IMG/VR virus record: IMGVR_UViG_3300010396_000002
Coordinates: 32,001-96,000 of that record
Origin: a virus
Strand: one strand, 5' to 3'
DNA length: 64,000 bases
Shown here piece after piece: positions 47,364 through 56,382 of the stretch. The position numbers were made by a program, and so were the translations under genes. How positions within the stretch are numbered: position 1 is the stretch's first letter; each line of letters starts with the position of its first letter. The notes beneath the pieces are model-generated. The model did not search any database. It was not told the DNA's origin and saw only the letters and a program-made list of their open reading frames with translations.

Positions 47364-47719
47364 GTAGCTACCTCCCCAAGCCCAGCGACGCGCCGAGCCT
47401 CCAGACACGTTAGTCCACCGACGCGGAACATAGAGCAGTCCTTCGGGCGCCGGCCGTAGATCGCACACGACACCCGCGAGCCAACGGAGCCGCGGAGCGC
47501 GACGCACACCGTCCCGTCCTTGGTCTCCTTCGTAGCCAAGCGCATCCCATCCTCGGTGCTGCCGTCGAGACACCGGCCGATGTTGTCGACCACGTACATG
47601 CGCCGGTAGCGCGGCGAAAGCTTGGTGATGTCCTTGGCATCGAGCGCGACGTACCCAGCGGGCGCGCCGGCGAAGTCCGAGATGCAACACGCCCCGCAGG
47701 TGCGACAGTCGAGGCTCAC
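47360..47719 (-). CDS. YkgJ-family CxxCxxCC cluster protein
   Basis: LDCRTCGACC...CVAL...CAIYGRRPKDC...C. Confidence 0.85.
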   Translation of the reverse strand: MSLDCRTCGACCISDFAGAPAGYVALDAKDITKLSPRYRRMYVVDNIGRCLDGSTEDGMRLATKETKDGTVCVALRGSVGSRVSCAIYGRRPKDCSMFRVGGLTCLEARRVAGLGEVAT

Positions 47720-48261
47720 AGGCACCCCTGTTCTCCAGGCGCTTCCTTGCGCGGCTTCTTCCGCTTCGGTGCAGGCGGAGCCTTCCCGGCTGCGATGTCG
47801 GCGAGGAAGGCGACTTCCTCGCGCCGCTTGGCCTCAGCGAGCGCTGCTTCGTACTGCGCATGCAGATCACGAAAGGCTGCCGCGTCGCCACCATGGTCCG
47901 GGTGCAGGCGCTTCGCCTCGCGTCGGTAGGCGGCCTTCACCGCTGCGACCGAAGCATCGGGCTCGAGGCCGAGCGCCGCGAAACCAGCCATGGCGATGGC
48001 GTCGAAGTCCTTCCCGGCCGCCCGGCGAACGGGGGCCCCAGCGCGGTACGCCTTCGCGGTGAGCGCTTCGCCTACGCAGATGTCGAAGATGGCGCGGCCA
48101 CGCCCCTTTCGGAGCGAATCGTAGGCCGCACCGACCGCGGCGTCCGTCGTTCGCGAGCCCTCGACGAAGCCGTAGTCGTCTGGCAGCGCAGAAGTATTGC
48201 GTCGAGGATCCTCCGTCCACCAGGTGCACCAGAACGTACGGGCGAGCTCGGGCCGAATCAC
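47716..48261 (-). CDS. J-domain (DnaJ-like) protein
   Basis: LGLEPDASVAAVKAAYRREAKRLHPDHGG. Confidence 0.85.
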   Translation of the reverse strand: MIRPELARTFWCTWWTEDPRRNTSALPDDYGFVEGSRTTDAAVGAAYDSLRKGRGRAIFDICVGEALTAKAYRAGAPVRRAAGKDFDAIAMAGFAALGLEPDASVAAVKAAYRREAKRLHPDHGGDAAAFRDLHAQYEAALAEAKRREEVAFLADIAAGKAPPAPKRKKPRKEAPGEQGCL

Positions 48262-48370
48262 GACCCCTCAATGCTGCCGCCCGGCGCATCGGCCGCTGGT
48301 ACGAAGAGGATCCCGTACCAGCCCCATGCGGCCATGCCGCTGCCCCGCTGCGCCATCGATCTGCGACGGC

Positions 48371-48868
48371 TCACGCCCCAGCTCCGGACGCCACGAGCCG
48401 GAGCGTGCACCGGCCCTCGCACTTGACGAACGCGCGATCCTTGTTGAGGTCATGGCAGCCACCGCGGCCACGCGAACAGATCATGCCCATGAAGCCAGGC
48501 TCCCGCGTCACCACCAGCCCGGGGCCACCGTTGGCCTTCAGCTTCTTGTGGTTGCACGAGAGCCCATCGCGAAGCACGCACGGGCCGCAGAGCTTCGGGA
48601 AGCTGCCCGGCAGGCCCTGCGAGTCGACGTAGAGCCGCGGGTGCGCGGTCACGGCCTTCGAGCAGGCCCCGTGGCCGATGCCGATGAAGAGCAACGACCC
48701 GGGTTGCGGAAGCGGTCGGTCCCGCTCGTCGCACTCGACGTAGAGCTGGAGCCCCTTCTCGGCGAGCTGGCCACAGACGTTGCACGCGGCCATCGGGTCG
48801 GCAGGCCGGTGCGCCGTCAGCGGTTCGGTCGCAGCGATGCGCGCGGCGTTCGGCTTGGTCTTGCTCAC
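48371..48868 (-). CDS. Cys-rich hypothetical protein
   Basis: GTGA overlap. Confidence 0.55.
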   Translation of the reverse strand: MSKTKPNAARIAATEPLTAHRPADPMAACNVCGQLAEKGLQLYVECDERDRPLPQPGSLLFIGIGHGACSKAVTAHPRLYVDSQGLPGSFPKLCGPCVLRDGLSCNHKKLKANGGPGLVVTREPGFMGMICSRGRGGCHDLNKDRAFVKCEGRCTLRLVASGAGA

Positions 48869-49122
48869 GACGTTGCACCAGCGTTGACGCCGGCCGTTGG
48901 GCAGCTCGCCATGTAGTGCCCTGCCACACCGCACGGGCAGACGTTGCGGGTCGCCATCCCCTTCCGTTGCCGGTGCTTCAGCCCCCGCCGTTGCTGGGCC
49001 TCGTGGTGCTCCTTGCAGCGGATGAAGTCCTTGAACACAGGCTTCCGGTTGCCCCGCGGGCAGTTCAGGCAGACCCCAGCCAGGGCGCACTCGATCTTGC
49101 GGCGAAGGTCGCTGGCCCTCAC
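48865..49122 (-). CDS. Small Zn-binding basic protein
   Basis: CLNC...C..H; C.CGVAGH....C. Confidence 0.55.
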   Translation of the reverse strand: MRASDLRRKIECALAGVCLNCPRGNRKPVFKDFIRCKEHHEAQQRRGLKHRQRKGMATRNVCPCGVAGHYMASCPTAGVNAGATS

Positions 49123-49607
49123 GGCTCACCAGCCTTCGCGAGGAGGCTCTGCGCCTCGAGCCGCTTCGGCGGGATGATGGTGACGCGCACGCCAGCCTCG
49201 ACGGCTCGGAGGCACATGTCCCCGGTGCCCGTCGGCTGGTTGCCAGGCTTGCGGAGCGCGTACGTGAACGCGAGCACGACGTCGGGCTGCTCTGCATCGA
49301 GTTGGCGCTGGTTGCGCCGGGGGCCCGCGCCCGGCCACGGCCCGTCGAGCGCATGGTCGACTGGGTAGGCGCGAACCTCGAGCCCGAGCTCCCGCGCCAC
49401 GTCGGCGGCGATGAGGTCAGCCCCTTCGATGGCGACGCCCTTGTCGTCGCGCTTCCCGCACCCGCCGTGCACCACGATCGATCCAGGATGGAGCTTGGCG
49501 AGCCACTCCTTGATGACTGCCCGCTGCGTCCAGTCTCTGGCCCCGCAAACGAGCACGACCAACCGCCTGCCGTCGCGCACGACCTGGTGCTGCTGCTTGG
49601 CGGTCAC
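49119..49607 (-). CDS. SLOG-superfamily (DUF2493/YspA-like) protein
   Basis: VLVCGARDW, VVHGG, GAD, AGPRRN, PDVVLAF, GTGDM. Confidence 0.85.
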   Translation of the reverse strand: MTAKQQHQVVRDGRRLVVLVCGARDWTQRAVIKEWLAKLHPGSIVVHGGCGKRDDKGVAIEGADLIAADVARELGLEVRAYPVDHALDGPWPGAGPRRNQRQLDAEQPDVVLAFTYALRKPGNQPTGTGDMCLRAVEAGVRVTIIPPKRLEAQSLLAKAGEP

Positions 49608-50182
49608 GGGGACCTCGACGCGTGCCGACGATCCGCTTGGAGCGCGGCCCAGGCGAGCGCAGCGACCCGCACCAACTGCTTGCGGTACGCGCTCGGGTTG
49701 CGCTCGTCTACGGGCGGGACCGTGATCGTGAACGTCCAGGCTCTGTCGTGGTCCACGCTCCCGGCCGGGTTGCGGCCGTGCTCGAAGCGCAGCGCGCCGC
49801 TCAGCATCTTCCCGGCATGGCCAAGGATGTAGCTCAGCCAGTCGAGGCCGGTGTGCTCGTCGTCGTGCTCGGGGCCTCCCCACTGCTGATCCTGGCGCGC
49901 GCGCTCCGCCATGACCTCGTCGAGGATCGGCGCCAGCCCCTCACGCTCCGCTCGAAGGGCATCGCGCTCGCCTCGAATGCGCTGGATCGCGCTCACGATG
50001 TCGGCGCGGTACTGCCCTCCGTCGGCCACGCGCTGGCATGCCTCGATGATGCTCTCCTCGCGGCGCTTCAGGTAGGTGCGGTCCGCCTCGACCTGAAGCA
50101 GGGCCCGTGCGACCAACGATGCCGGCTCCGACTTGGCCCACGCCAGCGCCTCTGCCATCTCGGCTTCGGTCAGCCCGCTCAT
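49604..50182 (-). CDS. MazG-like all-alpha NTP pyrophosphatase-fold protein (tentative)
   Basis: EVMAERARQDQQWG...W..YI...LVRVAALA. Confidence 0.5.
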   Translation of the reverse strand: MSGLTEAEMAEALAWAKSEPASLVARALLQVEADRTYLKRREESIIEACQRVADGGQYRADIVSAIQRIRGERDALRAEREGLAPILDEVMAERARQDQQWGGPEHDDEHTGLDWLSYILGHAGKMLSGALRFEHGRNPAGSVDHDRAWTFTITVPPVDERNPSAYRKQLVRVAALAWAALQADRRHASRSP

Positions 50183-51162
50183 GCCTCAGCTCCAGCGTTG
50201 GTGGTGGAAGGCCGCCGCGTACACGCGCACCCGATGCAGATGTAGCCGAGCGACTTGCCGGCGTGCTGGTGCGAGCAGACCGGACACGCGCCGGCCATCT
50301 CCTTCTCCGCCTTCGCGTCCGCTGCCATCTGCGCCTCCGTCGCCGCCACGTCGGCCGGCTGGATCACCGCCACGACCTGGCCGGAGGTCAGGCTGACCTT
50401 CACGGCATCCAGCTTGCCGCGCACAGACCAGAGCGCGTCGGGGTAGACCACCCGCACGAGGTCGCGGACGTAGATCGGGATCACCGACTCGCCCATGGCG
50501 ATGCTCACGTGGTCCCAGTGCTCCGGCCAGCCCAGCTCGGAGGGCCTGCGCGCATCGGTCACGAGCCGGTACCCGGCCCGCGACAAGTGGGCTCCGATCT
50601 GCTCCGCGGTGAGCCGCCGCTCCGCGCGAAGCTCGGCCGTCCTCCGCGCGCTCTCCTGCTTGTTGTGCGCGGTGACCTTGAGCCCGAAGGCGTCCTCGAC
50701 GGCGTCCAGGCTGGTCCCCTCCGGCATCGCGATCAGCGTCTTGCCGTCGGTGACCCAGACGCGGCCGCTGCACGAACCGAACCGGAGCTTGGGCCACGGC
50801 GCCATGTAGCTCGGCGTCCGCAGCCCCCAGCCAGTGCGCGCAAGCGCGGGCCGCCACGCCGCCGGCGCCCAGTCGAACTCTGGATCGTCCTGGTGGCGGA
50901 GCGCGGCCAGAGCCTCGTGGTCGCCAACCCACTCCTCGACGTGGATGTCGTGCTCGGGGCACCCGAACCGGAACCAGGCCCGGATGCTAGCGTCGATCGC
51001 CTTGGTGCTGCTGTTGTCGACGTCGCCGGCGCAGAAGCCGACCAGGTCCTCGTCGCAGCCTGCGTGCTGGCACTTGCCCGGCATGCGCGGCAGCGCGTCC
51101 GCCATCTCGATGTAGGCCGCGGTCCTGCCTCGCGGCCCGATGCTCACCTGGTTCTCGCTCAT
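50179..51162 (-). CDS. Hypothetical protein
   Basis: GAGG RBS; overlaps neighbours. Confidence 0.65.
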   Translation of the reverse strand: MSENQVSIGPRGRTAAYIEMADALPRMPGKCQHAGCDEDLVGFCAGDVDNSSTKAIDASIRAWFRFGCPEHDIHVEEWVGDHEALAALRHQDDPEFDWAPAAWRPALARTGWGLRTPSYMAPWPKLRFGSCSGRVWVTDGKTLIAMPEGTSLDAVEDAFGLKVTAHNKQESARRTAELRAERRLTAEQIGAHLSRAGYRLVTDARRPSELGWPEHWDHVSIAMGESVIPIYVRDLVRVVYPDALWSVRGKLDAVKVSLTSGQVVAVIQPADVAATEAQMAADAKAEKEMAGACPVCSHQHAGKSLGYICIGCACTRRPSTTNAGAEA

Positions 51163-51464
51163 CGCTTCGCCCTCCTCTTCGCTTCCGCCTCGTCGCGCTT
51201 CCGTTGCTCTTCGATCTTTGCTCTGACCTTGGCCATCGCTGCATCCTCGGCCGCGATCGTTTCCTTCATCGCGCCCCAGTCTGCATGCGAGTCGACCATC
51301 CTCTTCCAGACCGCTCGGCACCCGTCATGGGTCCCGTACTGAGCCTCCGCGTCGTTGAGCGGGGCCTCGCACCAGGGGACCAGGCACTTGCTGTACGGCC
51401 GGAAGCGCCGGAAGCCTTCGCCCCCGAGCTGCGCCTTGACCTGTTCGCTGACGTCGTCGCTCAC
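51159..51464 (-). CDS. Hypothetical protein
   Basis: GTGA overlap with the dnaB stop. Confidence 0.55.
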   Translation of the reverse strand: MSDDVSEQVKAQLGGEGFRRFRPYSKCLVPWCEAPLNDAEAQYGTHDGCRAVWKRMVDSHADWGAMKETIAAEDAAMAKVRAKIEEQRKRDEAEAKRRAKR

Positions 51465-52924
51465 TCCTCGAACCTCGTCAGGCTCTTGGTGAACCACATG
51501 GCGATCTCTGCCGAGTCGTCGCCGTGCCGGTTCTTCTCGAACACGAGGTCGGCGCGCACCTGCCCCCCGCGCGTAGGCGATGGAGTCTTCGGCGGGTTCT
51601 TCGCCGTCTTCAGCACCGCCAGCGTCTGCGCGTGCGTCTTCAGGCTCGGCGCGCCGAACGCCCCACCCTCGCTGTTGAGCTGGGTGATCACGACCGCGGC
51701 GAAGTCGAGCTTGAGCGCGAGGTCTTCGATCTCGCGCCCCACACGGTCGAGCTTCTCGTTGGTCGAGTCGTTCCTCCGCGCGTCGGGTTCGTTCGAGCCG
51801 AACCGCTGCACCGTGTCGAAGACGACGACGGAGAGCCGCGCCGGGCAGTTCTGGCCATGCTCGGCGCACGGCCACCCCTCCTTCTCGAGCTTCGTCTTCC
51901 AGGCGCGCAACTCGACGCGCAGCCGGCGGACCGTGAGCTTGTTGTCGTCGTGGATGAAGATCGGGAGCGATCGGATCCACTCGGCCGCACCGTGCAGCGC
52001 CGGCCAGTGGCTCTTCACGGGGTTCCCGTACTCGTCGGTCTCGACCATCTGCTTCGTGCGTAGACGCGTCTCGCTCACGCCACCGTAGGTGCAGGCGAGC
52101 GCCGTCGCGATCTGGGCGCGGGTCATCGAGTCGGCGACCGCGAAGAAGACTCCTTCGTAGATGTGCCCACCGTCGGGCGTCGGCGTCGGTGTGCGCGCGA
52201 TGTTCGCGCCCCACTGGCGAGTCAGGCTGCTCTTGCCGCCGCCCGAACGCCCCCCGAGGAGCAGTACCTCGCGCCGGTGCAGGCCGCCCGTCGTCTGGTC
52301 GAACTGCTCGAACTGCGTCGCGAGGCCAGCGACCTTGCCTGTCGTCGAGGCGTCCCGCTCGGCGCGGTCCATCGCCTCCTTCATCGACTCCTGGATCGTA
52401 ACCGCGCTCGTGCGCGCGCCGAGGTCGGCGGCGTCCTGCACGAGCCCGACCGTCACGTCGGCCCAGTCCGCGCCGATCTTGCCGCCCATGGCAATCGCCT
52501 TCTGGGCATCGAGCGTCGAGAGCACGGTCCGGTTGCGCGCGTGCTCGCGGATCGCTTCGCAGTAGCTGCGCACGTTCTGCGACGGGCCGTGCTGGGCGAC
52601 GAGCATCCGCACCTGCGGTTCGCCGATGCTGTCGAGGTAGCCCAGGCGATCCAGCGTCGAGAGCAGCAGCTCCACGTCGATCGCGCCGCGCGTCTTCCGC
52701 GTGTCGCGCACGCCCTCCCACAGGCGCTGGTAGTTCGCGCCGTAGAAGTGCTGCGGCTCGAGGATCTCCAGCGCGAGGTCGCACTGTTCGACGTCGAGCA
52801 CGCACGCCGCAATCGTGGCGCGCTGGATCCGCTCGTCGTGCGGTGGGGCCGGCTCCTTCGGCGGCGGCACGGCGCGCAGGTGTGGAAGGGACTGCTTCTG
52901 GACTTCGGGTGCTCCGCTGCTCAT
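51461..52924 (-). CDS. dnaB: Replicative DnaB-like helicase
   Basis: N-domain PPHD...LEPQHFY; Walker A GGRSGGGKS; Walker B VVFD; TQLN; KNRHG arginine finger. Confidence 0.9.
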   Translation of the reverse strand: MSSGAPEVQKQSLPHLRAVPPPKEPAPPHDERIQRATIAACVLDVEQCDLALEILEPQHFYGANYQRLWEGVRDTRKTRGAIDVELLLSTLDRLGYLDSIGEPQVRMLVAQHGPSQNVRSYCEAIREHARNRTVLSTLDAQKAIAMGGKIGADWADVTVGLVQDAADLGARTSAVTIQESMKEAMDRAERDASTTGKVAGLATQFEQFDQTTGGLHRREVLLLGGRSGGGKSSLTRQWGANIARTPTPTPDGGHIYEGVFFAVADSMTRAQIATALACTYGGVSETRLRTKQMVETDEYGNPVKSHWPALHGAAEWIRSLPIFIHDDNKLTVRRLRVELRAWKTKLEKEGWPCAEHGQNCPARLSVVVFDTVQRFGSNEPDARRNDSTNEKLDRVGREIEDLALKLDFAAVVITQLNSEGGAFGAPSLKTHAQTLAVLKTAKNPPKTPSPTRGGQVRADLVFEKNRHGDDSAEIAMWFTKSLTRFEE

Positions 52925-54039
52925 CGTTCCGCCGCCTCCGCGCGCGCCCCGCGCGCAGCCCACGCCTCCGCCCAGTCCTTCGATCCCGGCGCAGCCCAGC
53001 GCTGGGGCTCCGCGCCCGCCTTCGCCAGGTCCCACGCGATCTTCGCTGCGTACTTCTCGCCCGCCTCGTCGCCGTCGACCGCGACGCCGGCGAAGCGACC
53101 GCGCGCCAGCTCCGCCCATGCCTGGTTCCAGTTTCCGAGCCCAGGCATCCCCAACACGATCACGTGCTCGCCGCGCGCGCGCAAGAGCTCCCGCAGAGCG
53201 AGCACATCGATCGCCCCCTCAACGAAGGCCATCGGGTACGCGAGCGGCGCCGTCGTGGCGCGCTCCACGCCGTAGGGCCATGGGAAGCCCCGGCCCCGCG
53301 CCCCGACGTACCGCGGCTCCCCCTTGTCGATGCGCCGACGCTGCACGTTCACGACGCGCCCGAGCTGGTTGCGCCACGGGATCACGACGCGTGCCTCCGG
53401 GTGCGCCAGCCGGTCGTCGCTCCCGTCGTCCCGCCGGAGCAGCCCCGTGCGGCGAACGGCGTCGATGCCGACGGCCTTGGCCATCGCCTCGACGACCGCG
53501 CTCTGCCTATCGGGCTTCGGCAGAGCAGCCCACCCGTCGGCGAGCGCAGCCTCAAGCACCTGGCGCCCCCGTAGGTACGCAGCCACGTCGCTCTGCGCGG
53601 CCGGACCGTCGAGCCGGCCGATCCGGAACATCGGCGCGACCGCGGCTGCGAAGACCTCGTCCGCGAGCGGCGGGGGTCCTGGCGGCGGAACTGGCCGCGG
53701 TGGTGGCAGGTTCTCCGGCCGCGAGATGTCGATCGCGGCAAGTGCTGCGGCCCTGGCAAGCACCTCGCGGAAGTTGTGCACACGGTCGAGGTGCTCCACC
53801 GCGGCTACCAGGTCGAAGATGTCGCCGGAGAGTCCGCACTCGGCCTGGCACTTCACCTGGATCGTCCCGTCTCCGCCGACGCGAACCGAGCACGACGGCG
53901 AGCGGTCATCGTGCGAGGGGCAGCAGATCATCACCCCGCGCGCCTGGCGCCGGGTCTTCGTGATCCCGAGGCGCCGGCAGACGTCGGCGGGGTCGCAGAG
54001 CGCTGCACGCACCGCCTCGACTGCGGTTCGGTCACCCAT
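52921..54039 (-). CDS. DnaG-type primase (CHC2 Zn finger plus TOPRIM)
   Basis: CPSHDDRSPSC...CQAECG; FVEGAID; VDGDEAG. Confidence 0.85.
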   Translation of the reverse strand: MGDRTAVEAVRAALCDPADVCRRLGITKTRRQARGVMICCPSHDDRSPSCSVRVGGDGTIQVKCQAECGLSGDIFDLVAAVEHLDRVHNFREVLARAAALAAIDISRPENLPPPRPVPPPGPPPLADEVFAAAVAPMFRIGRLDGPAAQSDVAAYLRGRQVLEAALADGWAALPKPDRQSAVVEAMAKAVGIDAVRRTGLLRRDDGSDDRLAHPEARVVIPWRNQLGRVVNVQRRRIDKGEPRYVGARGRGFPWPYGVERATTAPLAYPMAFVEGAIDVLALRELLRARGEHVIVLGMPGLGNWNQAWAELARGRFAGVAVDGDEAGEKYAAKIAWDLAKAGAEPQRWAAPGSKDWAEAWAARGARAEAAER

Positions 54040-55213
54040 GGGTCGGCTCCGAGCGACGTACGATCACACGCACTGCCTCACGCGCGCCCTGCCTGGACTC
54101 GTCGGGGGACAGCTTGTCGAGCCCGCGGTCCCGGATCAGCTTGGCCACGGCGGGGTCCATCAGCGGCGACCTCGCTTGCTCCCCGCGCTCGAAGTCTGGA
54201 CGGTAGCGCGGCTCATCCAGATCGGGCTCAATCTCGCCCCGACCAAGAGCCGCAAGGCGTTCCACTTGGGCCGTGTCACGAAGGATTGTCTCGATGCCGC
54301 GGTAGCCGCCTGGCTTTGCACCAGGACCGCGACCCATCAGCCAGTCGTCCTTGGCGGCGCCGTCGATCGCGGCCTTGCAGTCGTCTCCGGTGAGCCCTTC
54401 GGCGAAGCGGTCGAGCACGCGCTGCACCCGCTCGTCGGTCATTTTCGGCGGGCGCCCATGGTACGGAGCTGCCTGCCAATGCTCCACGACAGCGCGAGCC
54501 TCGGCGAGCCGTTCCACCGATGCCTCCCCGCGCCGTCGATGGCGACTGGGTTTCTGCGCAACGACGGCGCCGCCATCGACTACTGGGATCCGAACCTGCG
54601 CTGACGATGCCGACTCCCGAGCAGACGGGGATGTCGGCGGAGCCGGTGGGCACTCGCCCCGCCCTTCGCCGTCGTCCGACGTCGGGGTGGTTGTATTGGC
54701 GGATCCCTGGGAGGTTCCATGGGAGGTTTGTAGGGTGCCCGGCACCCCCCCGGGGGGGGGTTTAGGCAGGGGGGGAGGGGGGGTGCTTGGCACCTTGGGG
54801 GAGGGGGGTGCCGCAGCAGGAGGGGGTGGCGCGGGAGGGAGGGGGGTGCTTGGCACCGAGCTCCCCCTCTTGCTGTGCGGCCCCTGGCGGCTCAAGCGCA
54901 CGGCCTCGCCGTCGAGCGCACCCAGCGTCAGCATGTTCGTGAGCTGGGCGCCGTCGGCGCCGTAGCGCGGCTCCGTCGTGAACCAGCCGGCCTCTCGGAG
55001 GGCGCGGAGCCAGTCCCGCACGGTGCCCACGTCGAGGCCCGTCCAGGCGGCGATTGCGTCCGGCCCCTTCCACGTCTGGCGGTTCGGGTTCGTCGCTGCA
55101 CCGTCGGCGAGGCAGAGCAGCACGAGGCGTGCGATCGGCGGGAGCACGTCGCGGGAAACGTTGGGCAGCCGCTGCGCGCACTCGATGAGCAGGTTTCCTG
55201 TCTCGCCCGCCAT
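54032..55213 (-). CDS. Phage replication initiator (N-terminal HTH, Pro-rich linker)
   Basis: ARLVLLCLAD...IAAWTGLDVGTVRDWLRALREAGW; located upstream of primase and helicase. Confidence 0.75.
   Translation of the reverse strand: MAGETGNLLIECAQRLPNVSRDVLPPIARLVLLCLADGAATNPNRQTWKGPDAIAAWTGLDVGTVRDWLRALREAGWFTTEPRYGADGAQLTNMLTLGALDGEAVRLSRQGPHSKRGSSVPSTPLPPAPPPPAAAPPSPKVPSTPPPPLPKPPPGGVPGTLQTSHGTSQGSANTTTPTSDDGEGRGECPPAPPTSPSARESASSAQVRIPVVDGGAVVAQKPSRHRRRGEASVERLAEARAVVEHWQAAPYHGRPPKMTDERVQRVLDRFAEGLTGDDCKAAIDGAAKDDWLMGRGPGAKPGGYRGIETILRDTAQVERLAALGRGEIEPDLDEPRYRPDFERGEQARSPLMDPAVAKLIRDRGLDKLSPDESRQGAREAVRVIVRRSEPTHG
54733..54857. repeat. Iteron-like G-rich repeats inside the initiator gene (candidate origin)
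   Basis: GGGAG(6-7)TGCTTGGCACC twice plus degenerate copies; palindromic GGTGC-N3-GCACC core. Confidence 0.55.
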
Positions 55214-55818
55214 CAGAGTACGTCTCCACCATCGCAGTAAGGGGCGTCGCCCAACACGGCGCGTACCCTGGCCGTCTCCTCGTTGAACATGTCGAAGAAC
55301 GCCGTGCTGACCAGCCATGAGCGAACCCGGCGCATGGCATCGTGCGTTGCGTCGTGCAGGTCCACGTCGGACAGGTGCGTGCTCTCCGCGACCTGAAGTT
55401 CGCGCTCGACGCTCTCGAGCATCGCATGGCTCCACACCGTGAGCTTTTGCTGGTGCTCCACGACTTCGAGCAGCATGCGCGCGCGCCCGACCAACTCCCA
55501 AAGTTGATCGTCGGCCATGCTCCCGTCGTCCTTCGGTTGGTCGTGTGCTGCCTTCGCACCGTCGACGAATGCGGCGAGCACCGGCTCAAACCGGAAGAAC
55601 TCCCCCTCCGAACGAATGCGCAGCGAAGCGAACCGTTCGTGGAGGGCTTGCTCGTCGTCCCTGGTTCCGGGGACCGCGACGAGAAGCGTGAGCACCTTCG
55701 AGTTGCCGGTCTGGAGCCGACGCCGGCGCGCGTGCGGGTTGCCTGTCGTCGTGCCGATCTTGATCGGCCCTGACGCGTCCCCTTCCTGGAGGAAGTAGAC
55801 CCAGCTCTCTGTGCCCAT
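55213..55818 (-). CDS. GIY-YIG (T5orf172-like) protein
   Basis: VYFLQ...IKIG...RRLQTGN...EQALHERF...GEFF. Confidence 0.8.
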   Translation of the reverse strand: MGTESWVYFLQEGDASGPIKIGTTTGNPHARRRRLQTGNSKVLTLLVAVPGTRDDEQALHERFASLRIRSEGEFFRFEPVLAAFVDGAKAAHDQPKDDGSMADDQLWELVGRARMLLEVVEHQQKLTVWSHAMLESVERELQVAESTHLSDVDLHDATHDAMRRVRSWLVSTAFFDMFNEETARVRAVLGDAPYCDGGDVL

Positions 55819-55821
55819 CTC

Positions 55822-56382
55822 CTAGCCCCCCTTCTTGGGCAGGAGCCCGACGGTCTGGATCGCGGTGAGCACGGCTTCGATCTGCGCCGGCGAACCCTTG
55901 AGCTTTGGCAGCGCCAGCGACACGTACGGCTCGTCGCTGAGGTGCATCGAACTTGCGACGATCACCACCCCGTTGCTCACGAACATGGAGCAACCCTCGA
56001 CGCCGTCGGCTCCGAACTTCTTCCGGAGGCGCTCGGCTTCGCGCGCCATCGCCTCGTGCTTCGCCTTCTCGGCCAGGTGCTTCTGCTGCTCGTCGACGAT
56101 CTTGACCACGAGTGACCGATCGAACGCGCCTCCCTTAGTCACGCGGATCAGGCGCCCGATGTTGCCGGTGAAGAGCTTGAGCCATCTATCGTTGGCCTCG
56201 ACAGCGAAGCGAAGCTCGGTCCCGTCGATCGTGAGCTTGCCTCGCCAGGAGCGTCGATCGGCGTCGCGCGTGCTCGGCCCTTCAGTCACCGTGACGGCGT
56301 GACCGAGCTTGCCCATCCTTGTCGTGAAGACGTCGAGCAGGGCGCGTGCTCGCTCCTCGGCGCCGGTCGCCGTCGCGCTCAT
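55822..56382 (-). CDS. Hypothetical protein
   Basis: ATGA overlap. Confidence 0.65.
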   Translation of the reverse strand: MSATATGAEERARALLDVFTTRMGKLGHAVTVTEGPSTRDADRRSWRGKLTIDGTELRFAVEANDRWLKLFTGNIGRLIRVTKGGAFDRSLVVKIVDEQQKHLAEKAKHEAMAREAERLRKKFGADGVEGCSMFVSNGVVIVASSMHLSDEPYVSLALPKLKGSPAQIEAVLTAIQTVGLLPKKGG

